Positions 20,651-29,201 of a DNA stretch of 64,000 nucleotides are shown here, piece after piece (positions within the stretch are counted from its first letter, which is position 1; every line of letters starts with the position of its first letter). Source of the stretch: Ignavibacteriota bacterium. GTDB taxonomy: Bacteria > Bacteroidota > Ignavibacteria > Palsa-1295. Position numbers and translations under genes: made by a program. The notes beneath the pieces were generated by a model. That model saw nothing but the letters and a program-made list of their open reading frames with translations, was not told the DNA's origin and did not search any database. The stretch spans positions 512,001-576,000 of the forward strand of contig CAWBEI010000002.1 of NCBI GenBank assembly GCA_963787835.1, read 5' to 3'.

Positions 20651-21171
20651 TAGTCCCGAAGGGATGGTGTACTCGCAGCCCAGGGTGTAGCGTAGCGGAA
20701 CCCTGGGTTCGAGGTAGGTATAAATTTCTAAGCCCCGAAGGGGCGATGTACCTAATCATCGTCCTTCAAAAAATATTTTGGATCGTATTCAATCCCTGCC
20801 GCTTTCAACATATCCTCAAACTCTTCTTGGAACGTCTTATGACGATGATGTTCCTCTTGATTTTCGATGTATTGCGCGACATTCTTGAGATGACTTGCGC
20901 TTACGCTGAATACACCATAACCGCCTTGCCAGCTAAAATCTTTTCCTAATTTTGATTTCAACCAAGCCGATGATTTCGATTTTATCTCACGAACGACGGT
21001 TGCGACCGACGATTCACGACCGAGATCGATCAGGAGGTGCACATGATCAGGCATTCCGCCTTCCATAATCAATCGCGCCTTGCATTCGTGCAAGATCGGA
21101 GGTTAACCCAACATTCCGTCCGCCGCGGCGGACTCCATGTTGGGCTGCGAGTACTCCGTCGCTCCGCGACT
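20651..21171 (-). mobile_element. REP-flanked IS200/RAYT-like element remnant
   Basis: Left half (20651-20747) and right half (21103-21171) of the composite repeat flank a tnpA remnant. Confidence 0.8.
20752..21093 (-). pseudogene. tnpA: IS200/IS605-family (Y1 HUH) transposase, 5'-truncated
   Basis: GGMPDHVHLL (HUH), FSWQGGYGVFSVS, YIENQEEHH; the N-terminal strand is missing. Confidence 0.9.
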
Positions 21172-21181
21172 ATTGAATCTC

Positions 21182-21378
21182 AGTGGCGAAGCCACGATGT
21201 ACTCGCAGCCCAGGGCGCGCGAAGCAAGCCCTGGGTCATGAATTTTAACAAAATCAAGCCCTGTAAGGGCGGTGTACTTCGCCCTTTCAGGGCTTGATAA
21301 AAATAAGAATGGTTCCGTTAACCCAACATTCCGCTTCGCTCCATGTTGGGCTGCGAGTACTCCGTCGCTCCGCGACTA
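21182..21378. repeat. Second non-autonomous REP composite
   Basis: Same architecture and identical 3' end as 19074-19294. Confidence 0.85.
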
Positions 21379-21817
21379 AGATTCGCCAACAAGTGCATCC
21401 ATGATTGGAATATTTCTCCGGCGGGAATTATCGTGCAAGCAACATGTCACGAGATTATCGTATGAATTATCCCCGCCTTTTGTGACAGGCTGAATGTGAT
21501 CGAGCGTCGCGCTGAATCGTGTTAGCTGCTTACCGCATTTGTAACACTTGTAGCCGTCCCGTTCGAAAATCTTGAGACGATTTTCAGCGACATTGTAAAA
21601 GAGTGCCGAATTCCACGACCGAGTGACGAAACAAATACCAATAGAATGCGGCCTCGTATGGTAACAATCGGGGCTGAAGAAAATCCACAATCTGACAGAC
21701 GATACCTGGATGTTCGAGAGCGTCGAAGTTTCTCTCGAACGAATCCGGAGCGGCAGCCTTTGAATCCGTTTCGATCTCGTTAAGCAGTTCTCGAATTTTT
21801 TCGATTTGTTCTTTCAT
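21376..21817 (-). pseudogene. HNH endonuclease, frameshifted or internally deleted
   Basis: N-terminal frame (MKEQIEK...) switches near 21600 to a frame with FERDGYKCYKCG...LDHIQP..KGG.NSYDNLVTCC. Confidence 0.75.
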
Positions 21818-22265
21818 ATTTTTACAAAATTACGAATAAACTCATCTTCCTGCGTTTCGATCTTGAAGGAAACGAGGTGCGTACCGATATACTGCGAGAC
21901 GGTGTCCAGCGCTTCCTGCGTAACGTCGCTCGCCCGCTTGCCCCACTTGATCGTCTTTTTTTCGAGGAACGGAATAACGTCCGCGCTCTTCATTATAGCC
22001 GCTTTCTGCGTATCGACCACCGCAAGAAATGGCGGAACATACTCGCCCTTGTTCAATGCCTGCTGCACATAATGCAGACCGCCGCGGCGGACGTGAACAT
22101 CGCATAACTGGAAAGCTTGGAGTTATCCTTCGCCTCGAACCAAATTTCTTTGGTTTGAATATCGATCAGGTTTTTCGAATACCCCTTCAACCCCAGCGCC
22201 TTGATGTAAATATCCTTCACATCCTCCTCGCTTTTGCACTGTTTCAGTTTTTCAAAGAGGGTCAT
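21814..22265 (-). pseudogene. N-terminal fragment of the same restriction-modification-like protein, frameshifted
   Basis: SEEDVKD...ID...WFEAK PD-(D/E)xK-like start; frame break at the palindrome at 22079-22090; continues QQALNKGEYVPPFLAVVD. Confidence 0.6.
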
Positions 22266-22267
22266 GC

Positions 22268-22349
22268 GTGTGAAGGGTTATGGATTGGGTTATGAATTCG
22301 GGATTGATGCTTTGCGGGCGCGGGAAAGAACATAGTGGGCACCTATTTC
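22268..22349 (+). other. Partial 3' copy (D) of the GGCACCT element
   Basis: GTGTGAAGGG...TTATGAAT...AAGAACATAGTGGGCACCTATTTC resembles the 3' half of the copy at 36086. Confidence 0.45.
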
Positions 22350-22369
22350 GTGTTCCATCCATCCCACGA

Positions 22370-22462
22370 TTTGTGCCGTCCCTCCGGGACTTTTAACTCT
22401 AAAAAAATCGCTAACCCCGGACTCACGTCCGGGGCTACGAATATGTCGTGCCTATCGGCACT
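22370..22462. repeat. REP-like right boundary
   Basis: TTTGTGCCGTCCCTCCGGGACT and AACCCCGGACTCACGTCCGGGGCT are near-exact reverse complements of sequences at ~19050 and ~18746. Confidence 0.8.
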
Positions 22463-22473
22463 AAGAAAATAAT

Positions 22474-22731
22474 TTGGAATTTTGAGGCGTCTCGGAAAAG
22501 TGTCGTATATTAGGTGGTGAGATGATGGGCACCTATATCAATTACGAATTAAGAATTACGAATTAAGAGTAGGGGCTCGGGGTTCATTGACAATCGTCGG
22601 CGGTGGCTTTCGTTATGAACGAGTCCTTTGAGAAAATGGATTTTACTATTCTTTCAGAACAAATGGCGAAAGCAGCTCGGAAACGAGGGGTCTTCGGGAA
22701 CTCACAAGAAAAAGAAATGGCACCTATTTCC
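22474..22731 (+). other. Conserved dispersed non-coding element, copy A (candidate ncRNA or mobile promoter)
   Basis: Long identical blocks shared with the reverse complement of 36086-36354. Confidence 0.75.
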
Positions 22732-22854
22732 AATAGAACATTAGTAAGGGTGGTAAACATTTTTACCTACGTACCGGGAAACGGGAAGGAGCAAAATTCG
22801 TTGTGAAGGTACTCTGGCACGTTTAGCCGGAACATCCTCCATAATCACGACACG

Positions 22855-24114
22855 TTGCCTTTGATCGAACCACCCTCCACTCCCACTGGAAATCCGGTCC
22901 CGCCGGATCTGCCACCCGATCCACATATCATGGATTACGTGGTGCTTGCGACCAGCCGTAAGTGGACTATGCTTGCGATCACGCTCCTGTGCGGGTTTGG
23001 AGCGCTGGCACTTACCTATATGTTGCCACAGGTGTTCATGGCGCAGGCGACGTTGCTGCCGCCGGATCGGCTATCCTCCTATAACCTTCTATCGAAGTTC
23101 AAGTCGGGTTTCGCCTTGGAAATGTTGAAGGAGGTGGAAAATCCCTCCGTCGATCTGCTCCAGAATATTCTGGAATCCCGTTCGCTCGATGAGCGGCTCG
23201 CTCAGGATAGTGCGATCCATCGCTATTTTAGCGCGCAGGGTCTGCATGGGAAAGAGTTGGTCCTTGCCGTCCAAAAATCGATCAAGGTTTTACCAGGATT
23301 TTCGAAAGTGGATGTTCAGGGAACCGTGGGTACAGGTTGGTTCCCAACCGGAGCGCAAAAGGAGAATGCCAGGGTAATGTCATCGTATTTCACGAATCTG
23401 GCGATCGACTGTATGGATAGTACGCTCCGAGCGGCTATTCGTTCTTTGGCTCACTCGACGATGCTGTTTGCCGATTCCGATTATGCGCTTAAGAGCCGGG
23501 AATTGGATTCTCTTGACCGCGTTCAGGAAGCGTTTGAGCAAGCCAACGGAGTCGTGAAATTGGAGGCACAAACCATAGCTTCCATCGAGCATTTGGGCGA
23601 ACTGAAAGCTGCTCGCGATGAGGCAGAGATCAAACTCCACCTCCTCGAATTGGACTTGTCCGATGATGACACTAAAAAGGAAGAGGCCGTTGCAAAGCTG
23701 AATGAAGCTGAGTTCGTCGCCAACACGTATGAAACGGAACGGCAGATCGGCCCCGCATTCGACTCGCTTCCGGAAGTAAGCCGGCGTTATGCAGAATTAC
23801 TTCGTTCCAGGAAAGAATTGGAACCGATTGTTTCCTTCCTCCGAATAGAAACCGAGCAACAGCGGATCTTCGAGGTTCGAGAAAAATCCTTTATCACAGT
23901 TTTAGATCCTGCGGAACCTCCGGAAACCCGGATTAGCCCGATACGATCCCAGATGGGAATTCTGGGATTGATTGTCGGCGCCGCTCTTTCGATCCTGTAT
24001 ATGGCCTTCTATGGGCTGCGTCTTTCCTGGAAGAAGGAGCGAAAATCGCGCAATGAGACCAGACCGGAAGTATTAGAAGCCGCAAAGAGCATCTTTGCCC
24101 ATAATAACCTATGA
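22855..24114 (+). CDS. Wzz/GumC-like polysaccharide chain-length determinant
   Basis: Two terminal TM helices, AQATLLPP, coiled-coil middle, VLDPAEPPE..SP.R. Confidence 0.85.
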   Translation: MPLIEPPSTPTGNPVPPDLPPDPHIMDYVVLATSRKWTMLAITLLCGFGALALTYMLPQVFMAQATLLPPDRLSSYNLLSKFKSGFALEMLKEVENPSVDLLQNILESRSLDERLAQDSAIHRYFSAQGLHGKELVLAVQKSIKVLPGFSKVDVQGTVGTGWFPTGAQKENARVMSSYFTNLAIDCMDSTLRAAIRSLAHSTMLFADSDYALKSRELDSLDRVQEAFEQANGVVKLEAQTIASIEHLGELKAARDEAEIKLHLLELDLSDDDTKKEEAVAKLNEAEFVANTYETERQIGPAFDSLPEVSRRYAELLRSRKELEPIVSFLRIETEQQRIFEVREKSFITVLDPAEPPETRISPIRSQMGILGLIVGAALSILYMAFYGLRLSWKKERKSRNETRPEVLEAAKSIFAHNNL

Positions 24115-25508
24115 GCAACATACGGATCCCCGAGCATGCTCTCGATCGCAGAAGGGTGTTCTTCTCGATACGGATGGTAAAGTATTTCCTTTGCTGGCTG
24201 CTCCTCTGGCAGGATGGGATGGTTCCCGGTTCATTACTTCAACTCCGGACCTTCATCCCCATACCGCACGACATCACGATGATGGAGGTGTTAGCCGCAA
24301 TGCTGTTCATCGTAGTACTTATCGAGCGTTCGATCACACTGGATTTCACGATACGGCGATCCTATTTCAGCGGTCCACTCCTGTTGATGGCGCTGGCGTT
24401 TTTTATCTCATGGTGCCGTGGGAGTTATATGAAACAGCAGATCGCGTTCATCCTGGAATTCCACGATGCCTTTGAACTTCCATTCACATTCCTTCTTATT
24501 AGTTCCGCATTTCGCGATGAACAAGACCGGGAAATGCTATGGAAGCTGCTGTTCTATGCCATTATTGCAAAGGCATTCGATGGAACATACATCTACTTCT
24601 TTTCCGCCCGGCCTGAAAAATATTGGGGCGTGGTGCAGTCCTGGCGGGATGGCTACCTTCTCGGAATCGGATCGATCGGGTTCCTCTTGTTGCTCCAATA
24701 CCACGGAACATATCTTCGACGTCTGAAATGGCTCATGATCGCAACCTTTCCTGTACTGGCGCTCACCTTTGTCATGAGCTTCCGGAGAACATTTTTTGTC
24801 GGGGCCTTCATTTGCATGGTGGCAATGTTTTTTACTCTTCCGAGTGAAAAACGAAAGCTGCATCTGTTGTTAGTAGTTTGTGTGTTGGGAGGATTTCTCC
24901 TCACCGTCTTTCTGACCAACCCTCTGGAAGTTGCCACGCGTCTGACCGGTATCGTTGCACCCCAGAATGAAGGTTCTGCCTTCATCCGTCTGATGGAACT
25001 TCCAAACGTCGTGCAAAATATCCTGAGAAATCCCATTTTCGGTGTACCGGTAGGTATCCCCTGGACGACCTACTACCGCATGCCTGTCTCCGCAGTTTAT
25101 ACGACGCTTGGCACGCATAATACGTATCTGTACTGGTCTCTTCGAGCCGGTATCGCCGGCTCCATTGCCTTTATCTGGCTGATCTGTAAGATATGGAAAA
25201 CTGCCCTCATCAACTATCGGCTTCGAAAAACAGAGGAGGACTTCCTGTTCAGCCAGTGGGGTATTCAGATGATGATCATGTATCAAGTAGCTTGCTTTTT
25301 TGGACTCATGTATGGTGATGCAATGTCTGGTGTTATGTCAGTGCTGATGACGGTCTTTCATCTCCAAACCAAACACCTTACTGGACGTTCGAGTCTGCGA
25401 GAGGTGGCATTCCTGAAAACGATGCGAGCTGGAGAACTCGTTTATAAAGAACCTTTCCTCCGCAAGCTGTATGGTCTTTATAGGAAACGTCCTCTCGCTA
25501 TTCAATGA
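24111..25508 (+). CDS. O-antigen ligase/polymerase family membrane protein
   Basis: Multiple TM helices; SFRRT, NPIFGV, HNTYL..G motifs. Confidence 0.8.
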   Translation: MSNIRIPEHALDRRRVFFSIRMVKYFLCWLLLWQDGMVPGSLLQLRTFIPIPHDITMMEVLAAMLFIVVLIERSITLDFTIRRSYFSGPLLLMALAFFISWCRGSYMKQQIAFILEFHDAFELPFTFLLISSAFRDEQDREMLWKLLFYAIIAKAFDGTYIYFFSARPEKYWGVVQSWRDGYLLGIGSIGFLLLLQYHGTYLRRLKWLMIATFPVLALTFVMSFRRTFFVGAFICMVAMFFTLPSEKRKLHLLLVVCVLGGFLLTVFLTNPLEVATRLTGIVAPQNEGSAFIRLMELPNVVQNILRNPIFGVPVGIPWTTYYRMPVSAVYTTLGTHNTYLYWSLRAGIAGSIAFIWLICKIWKTALINYRLRKTEEDFLFSQWGIQMMIMYQVACFFGLMYGDAMSGVMSVLMTVFHLQTKHLTGRSSLREVAFLKTMRAGELVYKEPFLRKLYGLYRKRPLAIQ

Positions 25509-25518
25509 GCTTAGTTCC

Positions 25519-27984
25519 TTACACTAATCTTCTACGCCAATAGATTGCGCACAGGAGAACTATAACTGCAGTAGCCACTGAGCACCCTGCACCAATAATG
25601 GCACTGTATGGCTTGAATATAAAAGAAATATGATGTTGCCCAGGACTTAGAAAAACCGCACGCATCGCGAAATTTGCTCGATAGATCGGCTGTTCGCGGC
25701 CATCCACATAACACTTCCAGCCAGGATAATAGGTATCCGACAGCACGAGATAAGCAGGTCTTGAAGGATTCGCAGTAATATCAACCTCGTTATCCTCTTC
25801 TTTTATAATGTGTGTCGTGTCTGGAATGGCTCCAATTGCCGAAGAATTATAAACGTTAGGTGTAGGACCGGAACTCGCTGTAAAGAGTACCTCATTATGA
25901 TCGTTGCTTTCATCAAAAATAGCAGTGAGCACAGCCGAGTCGTTGGGCAGAACCTTTGAGCGATAATACAATGTGGCCCGGTTACGCACGCACGTATCCG
26001 AATAGATCATCACCGCTCCCGAATCAGCGACAGGCAAGGTTCCCGGCGGAACAACACCAGGCACGAACATCAGGTATTTCACTCCCATGAGTCCCAGGGC
26101 GTGTGTATGCGGCGATGAACCGGAAATGGTATCGAGGTATGGATAAAATGACCGTAGAACTTCGCTTTCATACCCGGTTACTTCGGAGATGCCATACAGC
26201 GAAGGAATGTTATCAAGAAAAAGGTACTGACGCCCCGGATACCCGCGTCGGACAATAAAGGCGCGCTCATCGCCAAGATGGGATTTCAAGTATGTAATGG
26301 AGCTGTGTGTCGGTTGTAACGGGAAGCGATGTGGATCGAGCATTGGGAGATAGCTGAACCACCAAAAAATACTATGAAGAAACGAACATGCAAACAGCGC
26401 CATAATAAAATAACGCTGATAGGAATGTGACCATCGCTTCCAACGCAGGAACAACAAACATACTGCAAAGACTACCCCAAACGGAACGAGCATCATCGGC
26501 GAAAGAACAGAATAGTGCTGAAACGTGTCAGCGACGCGATCGTGAACCCAGCCAGCATTTCCATCTGCGAACGGTGTTCCTGCAGCATGCGAGAAAAGGA
26601 ACGATTCCATTGCGGAATGGAGCGTGGGAATCAAGGCCAAAAGCAAATTTAAAAGTATCAACAGCGTAAACCCAGCGAGTCCAGCGCGAACGGCCCACCT
26701 AGCCCATTTTCGTCCCCGTTCGCGGAGTTCAGCGTTGGTAAGAAACGCTTCGAGCCGTTCGGCAGCAAGAACCGCAAGCCCCAGCGTTCCGACAATAAAA
26801 AAACGATGATACAGCCACGCAAAGAGCGGTGTAAAGATCGGTAGCAGAAATCCCGCGGCTACAAGCCAGACGTAGGGACGAACATCCTTTTCCGAAGAAC
26901 GCATACTGAATATGGCCCATACCCCAAGTAACATTTCGGCAAACCCAAGATATCCACTGAAATCCATCGGATATAGCCCCACCAAGGATGTCACGCTCAT
27001 GCTTCGGACGATCCCCATCGTTTCAGGCACAAAAAAAGTGAGAAGCAAGAGAAATGAAAGCAAACGATTGATCAACGAGTACGAGTGCGCGTGTGCCGGA
27101 GAGTAAAGGGTTCCATGCTTCGTTACTTCTAAAAACAGTTCCATCGCGGGCACCCACATAATAGCAGCAAGTGCTAGCGCCACGCCCAAAGGGATTCCAA
27201 TACTTCTAAATACTTTTCGCATCCACAATCGCAGCCGCATGGTCCACAATGCTTCCGAAGACGCTATACCCCGTGCAGACCATCCAGCATTCACTATTAC
27301 AATGGTGATCGTCGCGAACCCGACAGACTGAATGGTTGAGCCGAGCAACGCGAGGCCAAGAAAAAACCCTGCGGCCAACAAATAGCTGGGCGATCCCTTA
27401 CGATGATATAGGAATGACATCGCAAGTGAGAACGGTATCCAGCAAAAAGTAGCAAGTGCCCATAAATTGAGCAGATCGGTAAGAAACATCCCATTGAATA
27501 TCCACGCCGATGCGAACATGGTGGCAATAATGCGTCGCCTGCCATGCACTCGGAGCAGCACATACATTCCTACTCCGGCAGTAAATAGCTCCAGGATTAT
27601 GATCATGTTGAATGCGAACGGTAGGTCGAATGGAATAAGAAGGAGATTAAAGACATCGTATGTTTGCCGCGATGTGGCATACTGCGGGTATCCATTCAAG
27701 ATAAGAGGGTTCCAATAATAGAATTCCCCGTTGCGGAACGCGTGTTGCGCAGCGACCTTCCACGGGTAGCTCTGCATCAATCCATCGGTAAAATTATGAT
27801 TGTATGCTTGCGGAGGGCCGAATTCGCTCGAAAACGGAAGCGTCATCGTATCGAATTGATCGGTAGGCAGCAATAAGCGCCCCTCGAAGAGAACCGGCCA
27901 AAAAACGATCACGATGAGGATCCCAAGGAACGAGAGGCAAATCGCGTCTTTCCAACAGCGCTCGAACAGGCGAATTCTCATCAA
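25519..27984 (-). CDS. YfhO-family membrane protein (GT-C-like)
   Basis: WNP...GYP; C-terminal YLVLSDTYYPGWKCYVDG...IYRANFAMRAV. Confidence 0.9.
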   Translation of the reverse strand: MMRIRLFERCWKDAICLSFLGILIVIVFWPVLFEGRLLLPTDQFDTMTLPFSSEFGPPQAYNHNFTDGLMQSYPWKVAAQHAFRNGEFYYWNPLILNGYPQYATSRQTYDVFNLLLIPFDLPFAFNMIIILELFTAGVGMYVLLRVHGRRRIIATMFASAWIFNGMFLTDLLNLWALATFCWIPFSLAMSFLYHRKGSPSYLLAAGFFLGLALLGSTIQSVGFATITIVIVNAGWSARGIASSEALWTMRLRLWMRKVFRSIGIPLGVALALAAIMWVPAMELFLEVTKHGTLYSPAHAHSYSLINRLLSFLLLLTFFVPETMGIVRSMSVTSLVGLYPMDFSGYLGFAEMLLGVWAIFSMRSSEKDVRPYVWLVAAGFLLPIFTPLFAWLYHRFFIVGTLGLAVLAAERLEAFLTNAELRERGRKWARWAVRAGLAGFTLLILLNLLLALIPTLHSAMESFLFSHAAGTPFADGNAGWVHDRVADTFQHYSVLSPMMLVPFGVVFAVCLLFLRWKRWSHSYQRYFIMALFACSFLHSIFWWFSYLPMLDPHRFPLQPTHSSITYLKSHLGDERAFIVRRGYPGRQYLFLDNIPSLYGISEVTGYESEVLRSFYPYLDTISGSSPHTHALGLMGVKYLMFVPGVVPPGTLPVADSGAVMIYSDTCVRNRATLYYRSKVLPNDSAVLTAIFDESNDHNEVLFTASSGPTPNVYNSSAIGAIPDTTHIIKEEDNEVDITANPSRPAYLVLSDTYYPGWKCYVDGREQPIYRANFAMRAVFLSPGQHHISFIFKPYSAIIGAGCSVATAVIVLLCAIYWRRRLV

Positions 27985-27993
27985 AATATAAGG

Positions 27994-28380
27994 TTACAAC
28001 AGAACGAGGGTCGTCATCAAGTGTTCAAGTTCCTCAGCTGGATTCGTGCAGATTCCAGAGTGCACTTCCGAAGTTTGGATCATCGTGCTTTTCGGCGAAA
28101 CAAGCCAGTGCCAGCGCTCATGTTGGGGAAGTTCCCCAATCGGCCCTGCGCCAATTCCACCCTCACAAATTTTTGGAACAAGCGATAAATGCCGCTCGAT
28201 CTCTGAAATATCAACTTCCGGAAAAAGAGACCTCAGGCGATCCAAATCAAGATGAGCACGCGCATCCAGATAGCGAAGCGTTCGCGCAAACACGATCACG
28301 CCCGCGTTGATAAATTCCGCGCGCTCGACACGCGGAACAATGCGAATCACCGCATAATCAAATGAGATTAGCTCTGGCAT
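27994..28380 (-). CDS. DUF3037 protein
   Basis: FDYAVIRIVPRVERAEFINAGVI, WLVSPKSTMIQTSEVHSG. Confidence 0.9.
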   Translation of the reverse strand: MPELISFDYAVIRIVPRVERAEFINAGVIVFARTLRYLDARAHLDLDRLRSLFPEVDISEIERHLSLVPKICEGGIGAGPIGELPQHERWHWLVSPKSTMIQTSEVHSGICTNPAEELEHLMTTLVLL

Positions 28381-29137
28381 TTATTGCTTCCCGTTCAAAA
28401 ATATTCGATGACTCAAGCCGCTTCATCAGAAAATCAAAATATGCCCCTCGATGGTCCCTAATGCTCTCGAAAAAAGGCTCGCCTTCCATCCATTCATCGG
28501 GAATAAGCTCAACAATCGATTGAAATATATCTTTATTTAGTATTCTTTTAAATTTTTCACTGGCATCATTAATGTTTTCGGCAAAACGAAGTAGGACATG
28601 ATCCTTGACCGCCACGAACGGACTTCCAAATTTATCGGAAGCCGTCTCCCATTGATGATGGAAAAAAAGCGATGCTCCGTGATCGATCAAATAAAGTTTC
28701 TTATGCCACATCAGCATATTCGTGTTGCGCGCCGTACGATCGACGTTCATAATGAACGCATCGAACCAGACAATTTCCGATGCAAGACTTGTATCGATGG
28801 TGTTCGCTACGGGATCGAACGTGATGGAGCCCGGAAGATAATCCATAGCAAGATTAAGCCCAGCGCTGGATTCAAGAAGCGTTCGGATCTCATAGTCAGG
28901 TTCGTTGCGACCCAACATGGGATCGAGCTGCATAAAAGCCAATTGCGGCACCGGCAACCCTAGTGCTCTGCCAATTTCACCTGCAATCAGTTCAGCAATG
29001 AGCGCCTTCCCACCCTGCCCTGCTCCACGGAATTTTAGGACGTAAAGCCCATCGTCATCCGCTTCAACCAGAGCAGGCAATGAGCCACCCTCCCGGAGCG
29101 GTGTGACATAGCGGGTTGCGCGGAGAGTTTCAAGCAT
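28358..29137 (-). CDS. HipA-like kinase
   Basis: YVTPLREGGSLP, YVLKFRGAGQG, NVDRTARNTN, LIDHG. Confidence 0.9.
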   Translation of the reverse strand: MLETLRATRYVTPLREGGSLPALVEADDDGLYVLKFRGAGQGGKALIAELIAGEIGRALGLPVPQLAFMQLDPMLGRNEPDYEIRTLLESSAGLNLAMDYLPGSITFDPVANTIDTSLASEIVWFDAFIMNVDRTARNTNMLMWHKKLYLIDHGASLFFHHQWETASDKFGSPFVAVKDHVLLRFAENINDASEKFKRILNKDIFQSIVELIPDEWMEGEPFFESIRDHRGAYFDFLMKRLESSNIFEREAINARANLI

Positions 29138-29201
29138 TGGACATGAAACAGTAATGTTGCGGGAGTAGTCTCCCGCTATCTCACGTTTTGCTGAACTCAT
29201 T

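Noticed and set aside
20640-20759. N-terminus of the 178-aa ORF 20223..20759
   Set aside because: It is translated REP sequence fused by chance to the gene fragment
19074-21378. Integron attC array
   Set aside because: No tyrosine integrase; the repeats do not show attC R-box ends and match the tnpA flanks instead
22603-22806. 67-aa ORF as the product of the repeated element
   Set aside because: Copy B has a stop after MNEFCVKGLL and does not keep the frame
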